A stretch of DNA of 64,000 nt from Desulfurococcales archaeon (GTDB lineage: Archaea; Thermoproteota; Thermoprotei_A; Sulfolobales; Desulfurococcaceae): positions 192,001 to 256,000 of the forward strand of contig JALVYU010000026.1 in assembly GCA_027022365.1 (NCBI GenBank), read 5' to 3'. Under the pieces are notes generated by a model. That model searched no databases, was not told the origin of the DNA, and saw nothing but the letters and a program-made list of their open reading frames with translations. Below are positions 9,324-17,158 of the stretch, one piece after another (position 1 is the first letter of the stretch; each line of letters starts with the position of its first letter). Made by a program: the position numbers and the translations under genes.

Positions 9324-9481
9324 TTAGGTGTTATGAGTAAGCCTTTTCTTTTATTGTTAATATAAATTTCGACACTAAGTTCTATCCCTTCTTTCCAGCC
9401 TAAGGCTTCAACTAATTGTTTTGGTAGTGTTATTTCATAGGTGTAATATTTTTGTTTACCTTTCCTCTTTCTAAGTTTCAT
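9308..9481 (-). CDS. AbrB/MazE/SpoVT-family DNA-binding protein, 57 aa (absent from the ORF track)
   Basis: MKLRKRKGKQKYYTYEITLPKQLVEALGWKEGIELSVEIYINNKRKGLLITPKNKTL*; ITLPK....LG...G swapped-hairpin signature; GGTGA RBS upstream of the ATG. Confidence 0.8.
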   Translation of the reverse strand: MKLRKRKGKQKYYTYEITLPKQLVEALGWKEGIELSVEIYINNKRKGLLITPKNKTL

Positions 9482-9514
9482 TATTTCACCAAGAAATACT
9501 ATATAATCGTAGAT

Positions 9515-9550
9515 AATAAATTTATATAGGAATTCTTTACAGAATTCCTA
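9515..9550. promoter_or_regulatory. divergent TATA region and palindromic operator candidate between AbrB and the homing endonuclease
   Basis: AAATTTATATA followed by perfect inverted repeat TAGGAATTCT-ttac-AGAATTCCTA (9527-9550); GAGGTGA RBS before ATG 9565. Confidence 0.6.
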
Positions 9551-9564
9551 ACAGAGGTGAAGAA

Positions 9565-10644
9565 ATGAAGCAGTCTATGGGTAATATTATCGCAAATTTG
9601 CTGGAAAATTATGGATCAAACTATCTTAATAAATGGAAATCAAGAGAACATTTACTGGGTAGAAGAAAGTTTTTGGTATATAATGTCGATGAACAAATAA
9701 AGTCAGAAATTCTATTTCTTCTTTATAAAGAACTTCACAACATAAAAACAACTACCTTTAAAGAAGTAAAGTTCTTGAGTAAGTGCTTAGTAATTAGGTC
9801 AACGCATGAGGCCCCGCTATGGTATAGATTAGGCTTAGCATTAAGCGATGGCTCTGTCCTAGGTAAAAGTAATATAATATTCTCTACATCAAAACCACAC
9901 ACAATAGATGCCGTGATGTATGGATTTAGTTATATAAAGATCTACGTAGCTAGATACATGCTAAGTATAAAAACTAACAAGATAATACCTGTTATTAACA
10001 TCGTAGTGAAGGATCCGGATACTGCATTACTTCTAAGACGTATTAAAGAAAACAAACTAGATACGGATCAATTTATAGATGCACTAGTTAATGATAGAAT
10101 GGCGTTGGCACAATTCCTAGCTGGGATAATAGATGGTGATGGAAGTATAGATTGTGATAATATAAGAATATGCATTGATAAACGTGATCCTCTATACACG
10201 ATTTTACAAAAAATCTTTAGAAATAATTTGGTTTATGATGAAAAACGATATATGTTAAGGATAAAAACACGAGCCGTTAGGGAACTAAGCATTTTAGAAG
10301 AACTAATAAATAACATAGTCTCGGAACATAAGAAAACTATGATTAAAAGAATCCTGAGAAAAAGAAAAAGATTCGTTCTAAACAACATCACATTAACAAA
10401 TTATAAAATTAAAGAAATCCTAGACAAACTTGATAATGATGATCTAAAAACACTTACCTTATTTAAATTTAGAAAAAAGCAAAAATATACCTATGCATAC
10501 ATCTCCTTTAACAAAAAGAATAAAAACTATATATTCAGCTTAATTAACAAGCTACTCTATAAAATAGAATCCGTACTTTTCTTAAACCTCCTCGATTCTG
10601 TTAAGGAAGGTAACAGAGAATATGTAATTTATAACAAAGAATAG
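9565..10644 (+). CDS. LAGLIDADG homing endonuclease (two motifs), antisense to the host tRNA
   Basis: YRLGLALSDGSV and QFLAGIIDGDGSI motifs; Lys/Asn-rich and AT-rich; lies wholly within intervening sequence 1. Confidence 0.85.
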   Translation: MKQSMGNIIANLLENYGSNYLNKWKSREHLLGRRKFLVYNVDEQIKSEILFLLYKELHNIKTTTFKEVKFLSKCLVIRSTHEAPLWYRLGLALSDGSVLGKSNIIFSTSKPHTIDAVMYGFSYIKIYVARYMLSIKTNKIIPVINIVVKDPDTALLLRRIKENKLDTDQFIDALVNDRMALAQFLAGIIDGDGSIDCDNIRICIDKRDPLYTILQKIFRNNLVYDEKRYMLRIKTRAVRELSILEELINNIVSEHKKTMIKRILRKRKRFVLNNITLTNYKIKEILDKLDNDDLKTLTLFKFRKKQKYTYAYISFNKKNKNYIFSLINKLLYKIESVLFLNLLDSVKEGNREYVIYNKE

Positions 10645-10774
10645 TAGAACTTATCAAAACACTTAGAATATATATTGAGATGGGGAAGGGACGGTAGCCC
10701 CTGCACCTCCCGCGGGCTACCTGGCTGCCCTACCCCGCTGTTTTGCCCCGCCGTATTGTTTGTGGTGTTTTTCG

Positions 10775-10792
10775 GTGGTTATAAGGTTTTCT
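10775..10792 (-). promoter_or_regulatory. BRE/TATA promoter of the tRNA-iMet 5' piece
   Basis: AGAAAACCTTATAACC about 40 nt upstream of A1 (10739). Confidence 0.65.
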
Positions 10793-10855
10793 GGGCTTTT
10801 CTTCTTGTTGTGTTGTTTCTTTCTAGGAGGAGGGAGAGGGGAGGGGAAAAAGGAG

Positions 10856-11602
10856 TTATTTTAGCTGGTTTAGCGGTGTGTATGTTTTTGCCGGTATGTA
10901 TGGTAGGATGTGGCGGGTTGTTTTTGGGCTGTATACTTTTCCTTGCCTAGCTATTTCTATTACTTCTTGTTTTGTCGGTGGTTTTCTCAGAAACAGGTAG
11001 TCGATCTCTCCTTTTTCGAGGTCTTGTATTGCTTCTTCGCGTAAGCCGTAATAGGCGAGCTTTATTTTTCCCTCGACGTTAAGCTTGTTTAGGATCTTTG
11101 ATACTTTCTTTTGTTCTTCTACGCCTCCCTTTATGATCCATGCTCTACCGTCTCGAGACAATATTATGAAGGCTATACCTCCCTGCTCCAATAGTTTTAT
11201 CGCTTGCTCCGCATCGAGCTTGGACTCGTTTATATCTAGTTCTTTAGACGCTTCTCGCAGGAAGTCATCGATACTACCTATAATAGCGGGATACCATGTC
11301 TCGAGCCTGATACTATCGTCAAAGTAATCTACGACGATCGCTGGTGCTTTGCGATACCCCAGCTCTTTTAGAGCAGCCCAACGATGATGTCCATCAACAA
11401 TCAAGTACTTATCAGTCCCCGGTATAGGGGCAACTATGATGGGCATATCCACAGCGCCCAAGTCCATGATCATCTTCTTTACATCCTCAAGGCGCTTAGT
11501 AACAATCTCCTCGTGCGGCACCATATTATCAACATCGATCAGAACTGGCTCAACCCGCTTAACCGGTATATTTAGCTTCGGCAGCTTTATGATCACTGAC
11601 AC
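10856..11602 (-). CDS. serK: ParB/Srx-fold free serine kinase
   Basis: PHEE, IVDGHHRWAAL, C-terminal PKTTRH; clustered with serA and a class V aminotransferase. Confidence 0.8.
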   Translation of the reverse strand: MSVIIKLPKLNIPVKRVEPVLIDVDNMVPHEEIVTKRLEDVKKMIMDLGAVDMPIIVAPIPGTDKYLIVDGHHRWAALKELGYRKAPAIVVDYFDDSIRLETWYPAIIGSIDDFLREASKELDINESKLDAEQAIKLLEQGGIAFIILSRDGRAWIIKGGVEEQKKVSKILNKLNVEGKIKLAYYGLREEAIQDLEKGEIDYLFLRKPPTKQEVIEIARQGKVYSPKTTRHILPYIPAKTYTPLNQLK

Positions 11603-11736
11603 AAGGCACCAGCCCCACAGCTTCTCTTGAGAGACAAGAATATACTAACATCTATAAAACGGTAATTGCATATACATACAATAGATATTCGTAGATAAAT
11701 TAGAGAAAAGAGAAGAAGATAAAAAGAAAGAATAAT

Positions 11737-12663
11737 TTAGTTAGACTTAAAGAATTCAATGATTTTCTCTGCGATCTGGACGCCAGCCCTCTCCTGGGCT
11801 TCGGTAGTCGTCGAGCCTATGTGTGGTGTTAGCACAACATTATCGAACTTGGTCAGCGGATGATCCTTGGGTAGAGGCTCCTCCTCATACACGTCAAGCC
11901 CCGCACCAGCAATCCAACCGTTAGATAATGCCTTGACAAGGGCTTCGGTGTCGACGACGCCGCCTCTTGCGGTGTTTATCAGTATTGCTGAGGGCTTCAT
12001 AAGCTTTAACCGTTCTTCGTTAATCATATGTCTCGTTGAAGGCAGTAAGGGCACGTGCAGGCTGACTATATCAGCTTCCCTCAAAACATCGTCAAGCTCT
12101 CTATACTCGGCATTAAGTTCTCTTTCAACATCTTCTATCTTCCCACGAGCATCATAGTAGATTATCTTCATACCGAAACCATAATAGGCTATACGGGCTA
12201 CCTCCCTGCCAATCCTGCCCATACCGATAATGCCGAGGGTTTTTCCCCTTAGCTCAAACCCCATGCACTGCTTCTTGGCCCAAACACCCTCACGCATCTT
12301 ACGATCGGCGAAGGCGATCTTACGTGCAACAGCAAGCATTAATCCAATAGCTAGCTCGGCAACACTCCTTGAAGGAGCACCGGGAGTATTCAGTACTGTG
12401 ATCCCTTTCTCCTTGGCCGCCTCAAGATCGATGTTATCAATGCCGACGCCAGCCCTGCCAATAACCCTTAGCTTCTCCGCGGCCTCGATAACTCTCCTAG
12501 TAACCCTCGGCTTAGACCTCACAATGATAGCGTCGGCGTCCTTTATCAGCTCGATGAGCTCGTCCTCGGAAGGATACTCTTTAACAATGACTTCGAAGCC
12601 AGCGCTTCGGAGCTTCTCGATCGCTTTGGGATGAAGGGGTGCGGCAACCAGCACCTTTACCAT
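11737..12663 (-). CDS. serA: D-3-phosphoglycerate / D-2-hydroxyacid dehydrogenase
   Basis: RAGVGIDNID, GIIGMGRIG, INTARGGVVD, LTPHIG. Confidence 0.85.
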   Translation of the reverse strand: MVKVLVAAPLHPKAIEKLRSAGFEVIVKEYPSEDELIELIKDADAIIVRSKPRVTRRVIEAAEKLRVIGRAGVGIDNIDLEAAKEKGITVLNTPGAPSRSVAELAIGLMLAVARKIAFADRKMREGVWAKKQCMGFELRGKTLGIIGMGRIGREVARIAYYGFGMKIIYYDARGKIEDVERELNAEYRELDDVLREADIVSLHVPLLPSTRHMINEERLKLMKPSAILINTARGGVVDTEALVKALSNGWIAGAGLDVYEEEPLPKDHPLTKFDNVVLTPHIGSTTTEAQERAGVQIAEKIIEFFKSN

Positions 12664-12761
12664 AGCGTATCACCTACAACAATAGTATGGATACTTTCAT
12701 CTTAATAAATTAGGTAACAGCGAGAAGAGGAAGAGAAGAAAAAGAGTCGGCTGAAAACAAT

Positions 12762-13934
12762 TTATTTCTGTTTGAGTTCCTCGATAACCTCCCTTAAGTT
12801 CTTGAACAGCTCATCGATCTCTTCATCGGTGATATAACCCATATGCCCGATCCTAAACGTGTACTCCTTGACGGGCCCATAGCCCTTCGCTATCTCGAAG
12901 CCGCGCTCCCTCATCTTGTTATAGACGTCAACACCCCTGACACCCGGTGGCGTCTTAACAACAGTTATGGTAGGGCTATAGTATCCCGGAGTAGCGAACA
13001 GCTCCAACCCCAGGTCAAGCACACCCTTCCTAATTCTTTCCGCACGCCTAGCATACATGTCGAGCCAAGCCTTCTTACCGCCCATAGCCTCAATGGTTCT
13101 CAGCACAACGTTCAACGCGATAATCTGTGGTATCGGGGGCGTCGAAGGGGTAGACCATTGTTTCTCCAAGTACTTCTTGTACTTCAACAAGTCGAAATAC
13201 CAGCCCCTGTTTGGAATGTTCTTGGCCTTCTCGAATACTGCCTCACTTACAGCAGCCATGGCAAGGCCTGGCGGTACACCGAACGCTTTCTGGCTACTGG
13301 CAAAGACCAGATCGAGGCCCCACTCATCAACCTTTATATCGGCTGCACCCATAGCCGAGACGGCATCGACAAACACGAGCTTGTCATGCTCCTTAGCAAC
13401 CTTGGCGAGTTCAGGCAATGGATTGAGAACACCTGTGCTTGTCTCATTATATGTTATCGTAACTGCTTCGACATCGGGGTTCTTCTTCAGTGCCTCGTCC
13501 AGTTCCTCGGGGAGGACAGGCTCGCCGGGCTTCTTTTCAAGAACAACAGCTTTACGGCCGTTGCTCTCAACTACTTCACGGTATCTGTTGCCGAAAGCAC
13601 CGATGATCGTTACTAGGACTTTGCCGCCGGGAGTTACGGCGTTCCTGATGCTGGCCTCCATGAACCCGGTGCCGCTAGCAGGTATTAGAAGTACCGTAGC
13701 CTTTTTTGCCTCGAGGAACTCTGCAAGCCTCAGGGTTGTGTCGCGGTGGAGTGCCTGATACTCCTTAGACCTGTGGCTGAACATCTGGAAACTCATAGCC
13801 TTCAGTACTTCGGGAAAACACGCTACTGGCCCAGCAGTGAATAGTTTCAGCTTCTTAGGCCATATAATCTTCTCAACTTCGCGTAGGATCTCATCACAGT
13901 TCATAGCACATACCCTCCAGTATGCTTCAGTCAA
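12762..13934 (-). CDS. class V PLP aminotransferase (serine-pyruvate/phosphoserine type)
   Basis: FTAGPV, NETSTG, VDAVS, SSQKAFGVPPG, FRIGHMG. Confidence 0.85.
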   Translation of the reverse strand: MTEAYWRVCAMNCDEILREVEKIIWPKKLKLFTAGPVACFPEVLKAMSFQMFSHRSKEYQALHRDTTLRLAEFLEAKKATVLLIPASGTGFMEASIRNAVTPGGKVLVTIIGAFGNRYREVVESNGRKAVVLEKKPGEPVLPEELDEALKKNPDVEAVTITYNETSTGVLNPLPELAKVAKEHDKLVFVDAVSAMGAADIKVDEWGLDLVFASSQKAFGVPPGLAMAAVSEAVFEKAKNIPNRGWYFDLLKYKKYLEKQWSTPSTPPIPQIIALNVVLRTIEAMGGKKAWLDMYARRAERIRKGVLDLGLELFATPGYYSPTITVVKTPPGVRGVDVYNKMRERGFEIAKGYGPVKEYTFRIGHMGYITDEEIDELFKNLREVIEELKQK

Positions 13935-13993
13935 TTTTGCCTATATAGAGATATGCTAGTAATATATGATTCCATACGATCAAGGAGAGGCGG

Positions 13994-14048
13994 TCCCAGT
14001 CGCTCCACCTACATCATCGCTCAGATCGTCTCTGCCCGGTCATCCCAG
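13994..14048 (-). ncRNA. probable C/D box sRNA with degenerate boxes
   Basis: GGGATGA / CTGA / ATGATGT / CTGG. D guide GGTGGAGCGA is complementary to crenarchaeal 16S GUCGCUCCACC near position 1410 (recalled). Confidence 0.55.
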
Positions 14049-14107
14049 ACATGTCTATAAATCCAATACCTTATATATCCAGATACTGATCAATAATCCT
14101 GGGTCAG

Positions 14108-14431
14108 ATGATCATGGTGGAAGAAGAGATCGATTATAGCGAGATAGTGCCCGAAGATGTGCTGGAGGAGATCGAGGAATACGAGGCAAAACCGAACAGG
14201 CGGAAAACAAGGAAAAAATACCCCTCTAGCAGAGACATAGTAGAAGCCGTAAAAGAAGCAGCCCTCCATGCAAGGGGGATACATCCCGACGAATTCCCGG
14301 ATCTGGTTTACCGAATACTCGAGGAACAAGGCTTTGACACAAGGTACGTTACTGTGAAAAGGATCTGGAGAACCTACGAGAAACTAGTAAGGACAGGAGT
14401 TATACCTGACACACTACACGTCGTCTATTAA
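14108..14431 (+). CDS. conserved hypothetical protein
   Basis: Clean ORF with archaeal composition; RIWRTYEKLV..G.I.D.L C-terminus. Confidence 0.65.
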   Translation: MIMVEEEIDYSEIVPEDVLEEIEEYEAKPNRRKTRKKYPSSRDIVEAVKEAALHARGIHPDEFPDLVYRILEEQGFDTRYVTVKRIWRTYEKLVRTGVIPDTLHVVY

Positions 14432-14457
14432 TAATCAGCTGGTTAAGGGAAGAAGCC

Positions 14458-14886
14458 ATGACAGGCGATAAAGACAGTGTCACGCCCGGAATCTACGTTA
14501 AACTACCATCTGGTACATGGGTGAAAATACAGGGGAAACTAGAGAGACTAGTAAGGACGTCGCGGAAAGGTAGGGGAAAACCGAAAACTAGTGTAGCATA
14601 CACGTTGATCGGTAAAAGCCTGGATAATCCCCCCAAAAAGCCCAGCGGGATACCTGAAAGAATATACGTTTCCTCGACTAGAATAACAAAGCTCCTCATA
14701 AAACTACTTGATGAGATCAAGATTGATAAAGAAATAATACTTGTCTGGCCACGGACCAAGGAGACCTATGTTATCGAAATATATTATCCAAGGAGAGCGA
14801 TCGTTGACAGGATAAGAAAGCTTGCAGAAGAGCTAAAAATACTGAGGCAGATCAAGGAGAAAGCCGTAGGCTCCTCCTCACGATGA
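14458..14886 (+). CDS. hypothetical basic protein
   Basis: ORF in tandem with the upstream gene. Confidence 0.6.
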   Translation: MTGDKDSVTPGIYVKLPSGTWVKIQGKLERLVRTSRKGRGKPKTSVAYTLIGKSLDNPPKKPSGIPERIYVSSTRITKLLIKLLDEIKIDKEIILVWPRTKETYVIEIYYPRRAIVDRIRKLAEELKILRQIKEKAVGSSSR

Positions 14887-15055
14887 TGTTTGGCCCGCTA
14901 TTCTCTATTATTATCTGCTCAATAGTGATCCTATACCCGCATACAGGGCATCTATAATAGAACGTTATTCTATGGCTTCCATCACTCATTCTCTCCGATT
15001 CTTCTACAAGATACATTGGCCTGCCATCCTTTTTACAGTACAATGTACCGGTCAT
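14852..15055 (-). CDS. small Zn-ribbon protein
   Basis: CKKD ... CPVCG pattern. Confidence 0.55.
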   Translation of the reverse strand: MTGTLYCKKDGRPMYLVEESERMSDGSHRITFYYRCPVCGYRITIEQIIIENSGPNIIVRRSLRLSP

Positions 15056-15156
15056 ATCGTGTCCCCGGCAAAAATCTCTGTATTCTAGGGGTAAGTAGTA
15101 ATTTAGTACCCAATATATACGTATGCTTAGAGAACAGCTTCACCGGTGTAAAAGGA

Positions 15157-16260
15157 ATGGACTTCATATATAAGCTTCGCAAGCTACATGAGGAGACAGG
15201 TCTCGACGACATTGTGATAATCTCTTCTGAGAATATCGAGTACTTTCTCGGCGTACCAACCATAGCAGACTCGATGATAGTGCTCTACAGCCATAAAGGA
15301 GACATAGAAGTCTATGTGCCGATACTCGAGTACTACAGGTACAGAGACATGCTCAGTAAACAGGATGTAGAAGTCTATGCAGTATCCAAGAAGATCAAGC
15401 CAAACGATGCAAAGGTCTTCGAGGGCGAATACAAGGATCTTTTCGAAAAAATAGGTACGGGGAAAGAGAAGATAGGATGCGACATAGGCTACTCATCACC
15501 ACTAGTAAATCCACTACGGGAAAAGCTGGGAGAGAAAATAGCTGATATATCAGAGACTATCATGGGCTATAGGATGAAGAAAGAATCTTGGGAGATCGAG
15601 AGGATAAAAAAGGCAGTAAAAATTACGCAGAACTCGATAAAAGCGCTCGTTTCCTACATACAGGAAGGAATAACTGAGGCGCAGCTCGCTGGCATATTCG
15701 AGCATAGAGCTAGACAGTACAATGTATCACAGTACGCTTTCGACCCAATTATCGTCTTCAACCCGGGGACAAGCTATCCGCACAATATACCTGGTCCTAA
15801 CAAGCTCAGAAGACCGAATCTCATCCTGGTAGATGTTGGTGTCAAGTACCAGGGGAGATGCAGCGACCTAACAAGAATGATCCTCTGGGGTAGGCCCAGA
15901 AAAGAATGGAGAAGGGCGTTAGAAGCTGTCAACGAAGCCATAAATGAGGTTATCGACAAGGCAGAGCCGGGGATGACTGGAGAAGAAATAGCGAAGATAG
16001 CCATAGACGTAATAGCAAAACATGGCTATAGAGAGAGATTTATCCACGGACTAGGACATGGACTAGGAGTGGTCGTCCATGAACACCCCTACTTAACACT
16101 AGGATCGACTACCAAGGTGGAACCCGGCGCGGTGTTCACCATTGAGCCCGGCGTATATATACCCGGCGAATTCGGCATTAGAATAGAAGAAGATGCTGTG
16201 ATGACAGGGAAAGGAGTAAAAATACTCTCGTCAGGCCTCGAGAGAATAATTACTCCTTAA
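15157..16260 (+). CDS. Xaa-Pro aminopeptidase (M24)
   Basis: YPH, DVG...CSDLTR, HGLGHGLG..VHE, TIEPGVY, GIRIEED; likely start is ATG 15157 rather than 15016. Confidence 0.9.
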   Translation: MDFIYKLRKLHEETGLDDIVIISSENIEYFLGVPTIADSMIVLYSHKGDIEVYVPILEYYRYRDMLSKQDVEVYAVSKKIKPNDAKVFEGEYKDLFEKIGTGKEKIGCDIGYSSPLVNPLREKLGEKIADISETIMGYRMKKESWEIERIKKAVKITQNSIKALVSYIQEGITEAQLAGIFEHRARQYNVSQYAFDPIIVFNPGTSYPHNIPGPNKLRRPNLILVDVGVKYQGRCSDLTRMILWGRPRKEWRRALEAVNEAINEVIDKAEPGMTGEEIAKIAIDVIAKHGYRERFIHGLGHGLGVVVHEHPYLTLGSTTKVEPGAVFTIEPGVYIPGEFGIRIEEDAVMTGKGVKILSSGLERIITP

Positions 16261-17065
16261 GGAACTTCGGAAAATCAAGTATTTCTTTGCCGCCGATAAG
16301 CATCGATCTAAGGCGGCTAATACCATCCGTTCTCCCATCGATCTCAATACCCTCAACATCAATAACGGGCAAGCCGAACCTCTTAGCAATAGCGTAGCCA
16401 CACGCGATATCGAGGTTTCTAAGCTTACCAGTATTATTGATAAATAGCGAGAACCTGCCTATGGCAGCATATGTTGATTCGAGAGCTGCCGAGCCGAGCA
16501 CCCTTATTCTTGAACCAAGCCTGTATCTGCCATGTAAATACCTCTCAACAACCATGAATAGCGATGGATCATTAGTATAAACAGTGGCTATACCCGATTC
16601 TAGCTCGCGGCGCTCATGCATAACCGCCCCATTAACATACACGTTCTCTTCATCGAAACTGTATATTTCACGTACAAACACATTAGCGACAGCACCGCTT
16701 AGTGCCTGGCTTAAGTAGGGTTTATCAATGCTATAGAAAACCACGGAAACCGCGGCAACCGGTATTCCGAGGACATAGTTGAGAGAACCGTCCAGTGGAT
16801 CTGTCAGCAAGACCAGATTGGGCCTATCACTTATTCTCACAATTCCTTTCTCTTCGGACACGATCAGAACATCTAGGCCTTCAGCCTCAACAAGATCAAT
16901 TAGGAAATCTTCAGCAAGTCTATCAGCTCTTCTCGTCGTATCGCCAGAGGCGCCTCTGCCTAATACCTCGTCCAATCCCTTCGTTCCATGAATATCGCGC
17001 AGATATCCAGCAACTTCACCAACTATTCTCCGGGCTATTCTCTCTAGTTCTTTCGCATCCAACAT
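16250..17065 (-). CDS. inositol monophosphatase / FBPase family protein
   Basis: SEE, DPLDGSLNY, RVLGSAALE, DIACG. Confidence 0.85.
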   Translation of the reverse strand: MLDAKELERIARRIVGEVAGYLRDIHGTKGLDEVLGRGASGDTTRRADRLAEDFLIDLVEAEGLDVLIVSEEKGIVRISDRPNLVLLTDPLDGSLNYVLGIPVAAVSVVFYSIDKPYLSQALSGAVANVFVREIYSFDEENVYVNGAVMHERRELESGIATVYTNDPSLFMVVERYLHGRYRLGSRIRVLGSAALESTYAAIGRFSLFINNTGKLRNLDIACGYAIAKRFGLPVIDVEGIEIDGRTDGISRLRSMLIGGKEILDFPKFLKE

Positions 17066-17158
17066 AATTACCTCTTATGGGCTTGATAGTATCCTAATAT
17101 AGGTTTTAAACAGTACATAGTTATATCTCTTGAACAAGTAATATAATGAAGATAAAAA

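Larger units (their letters stand above)
9258..10708 (-). other. tRNA intervening sequence 1 (anticodon stem, 30/31), 1451 nt
   Basis: Perfect 4-bp central helix CGCG/CGCG, bulges GG|A and AA|G, perfect 14-bp inverted repeat (9268-9281 / 10688-10701); AT-rich interior. Confidence 0.88.
8479..10739 (-). tRNA. initiator tRNA-Met(CAT) in four exons: 10739-10709, 9257-9251, 9229-9208, 8494-8479 (CCA encoded)
   Basis: Joined exons give AGCGGGGTAGGGCAGCCAGGTAGCCCGCGGG|GCTCATA|ACCCCGAGGTCGGTGGTTCAAA|TCCACCCCCGCTACCA: a cloverleaf with A1:U72, G29-G31:C39-C41 and CAT anticodon (initiator hallmarks). Confidence 0.92.

Noticed and set aside
8502-10701. GC-rich inverted repeats read as IS/MITE terminal repeats
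   Set aside because: No transposase or target duplications; the repeats sit exactly at tRNA exon junctions and complete BHB motifs.
9258-10708. Group I/II self-splicing intron or integrase-type element
   Set aside because: The interior is almost fully occupied by ORFs, leaving no room for a ribozyme core; no integrase and no duplicated tRNA half.
10675-10950. 91-aa + strand ORF
   Set aside because: Antisense to tRNA exon 1, its promoter and the serK 3' end; low-complexity shadow ORF.
12843-13758. Long + strand ORFs (257 and 233 aa) and similar antisense ORFs throughout
   Set aside because: Shadows of well-supported genes on the opposite strand.
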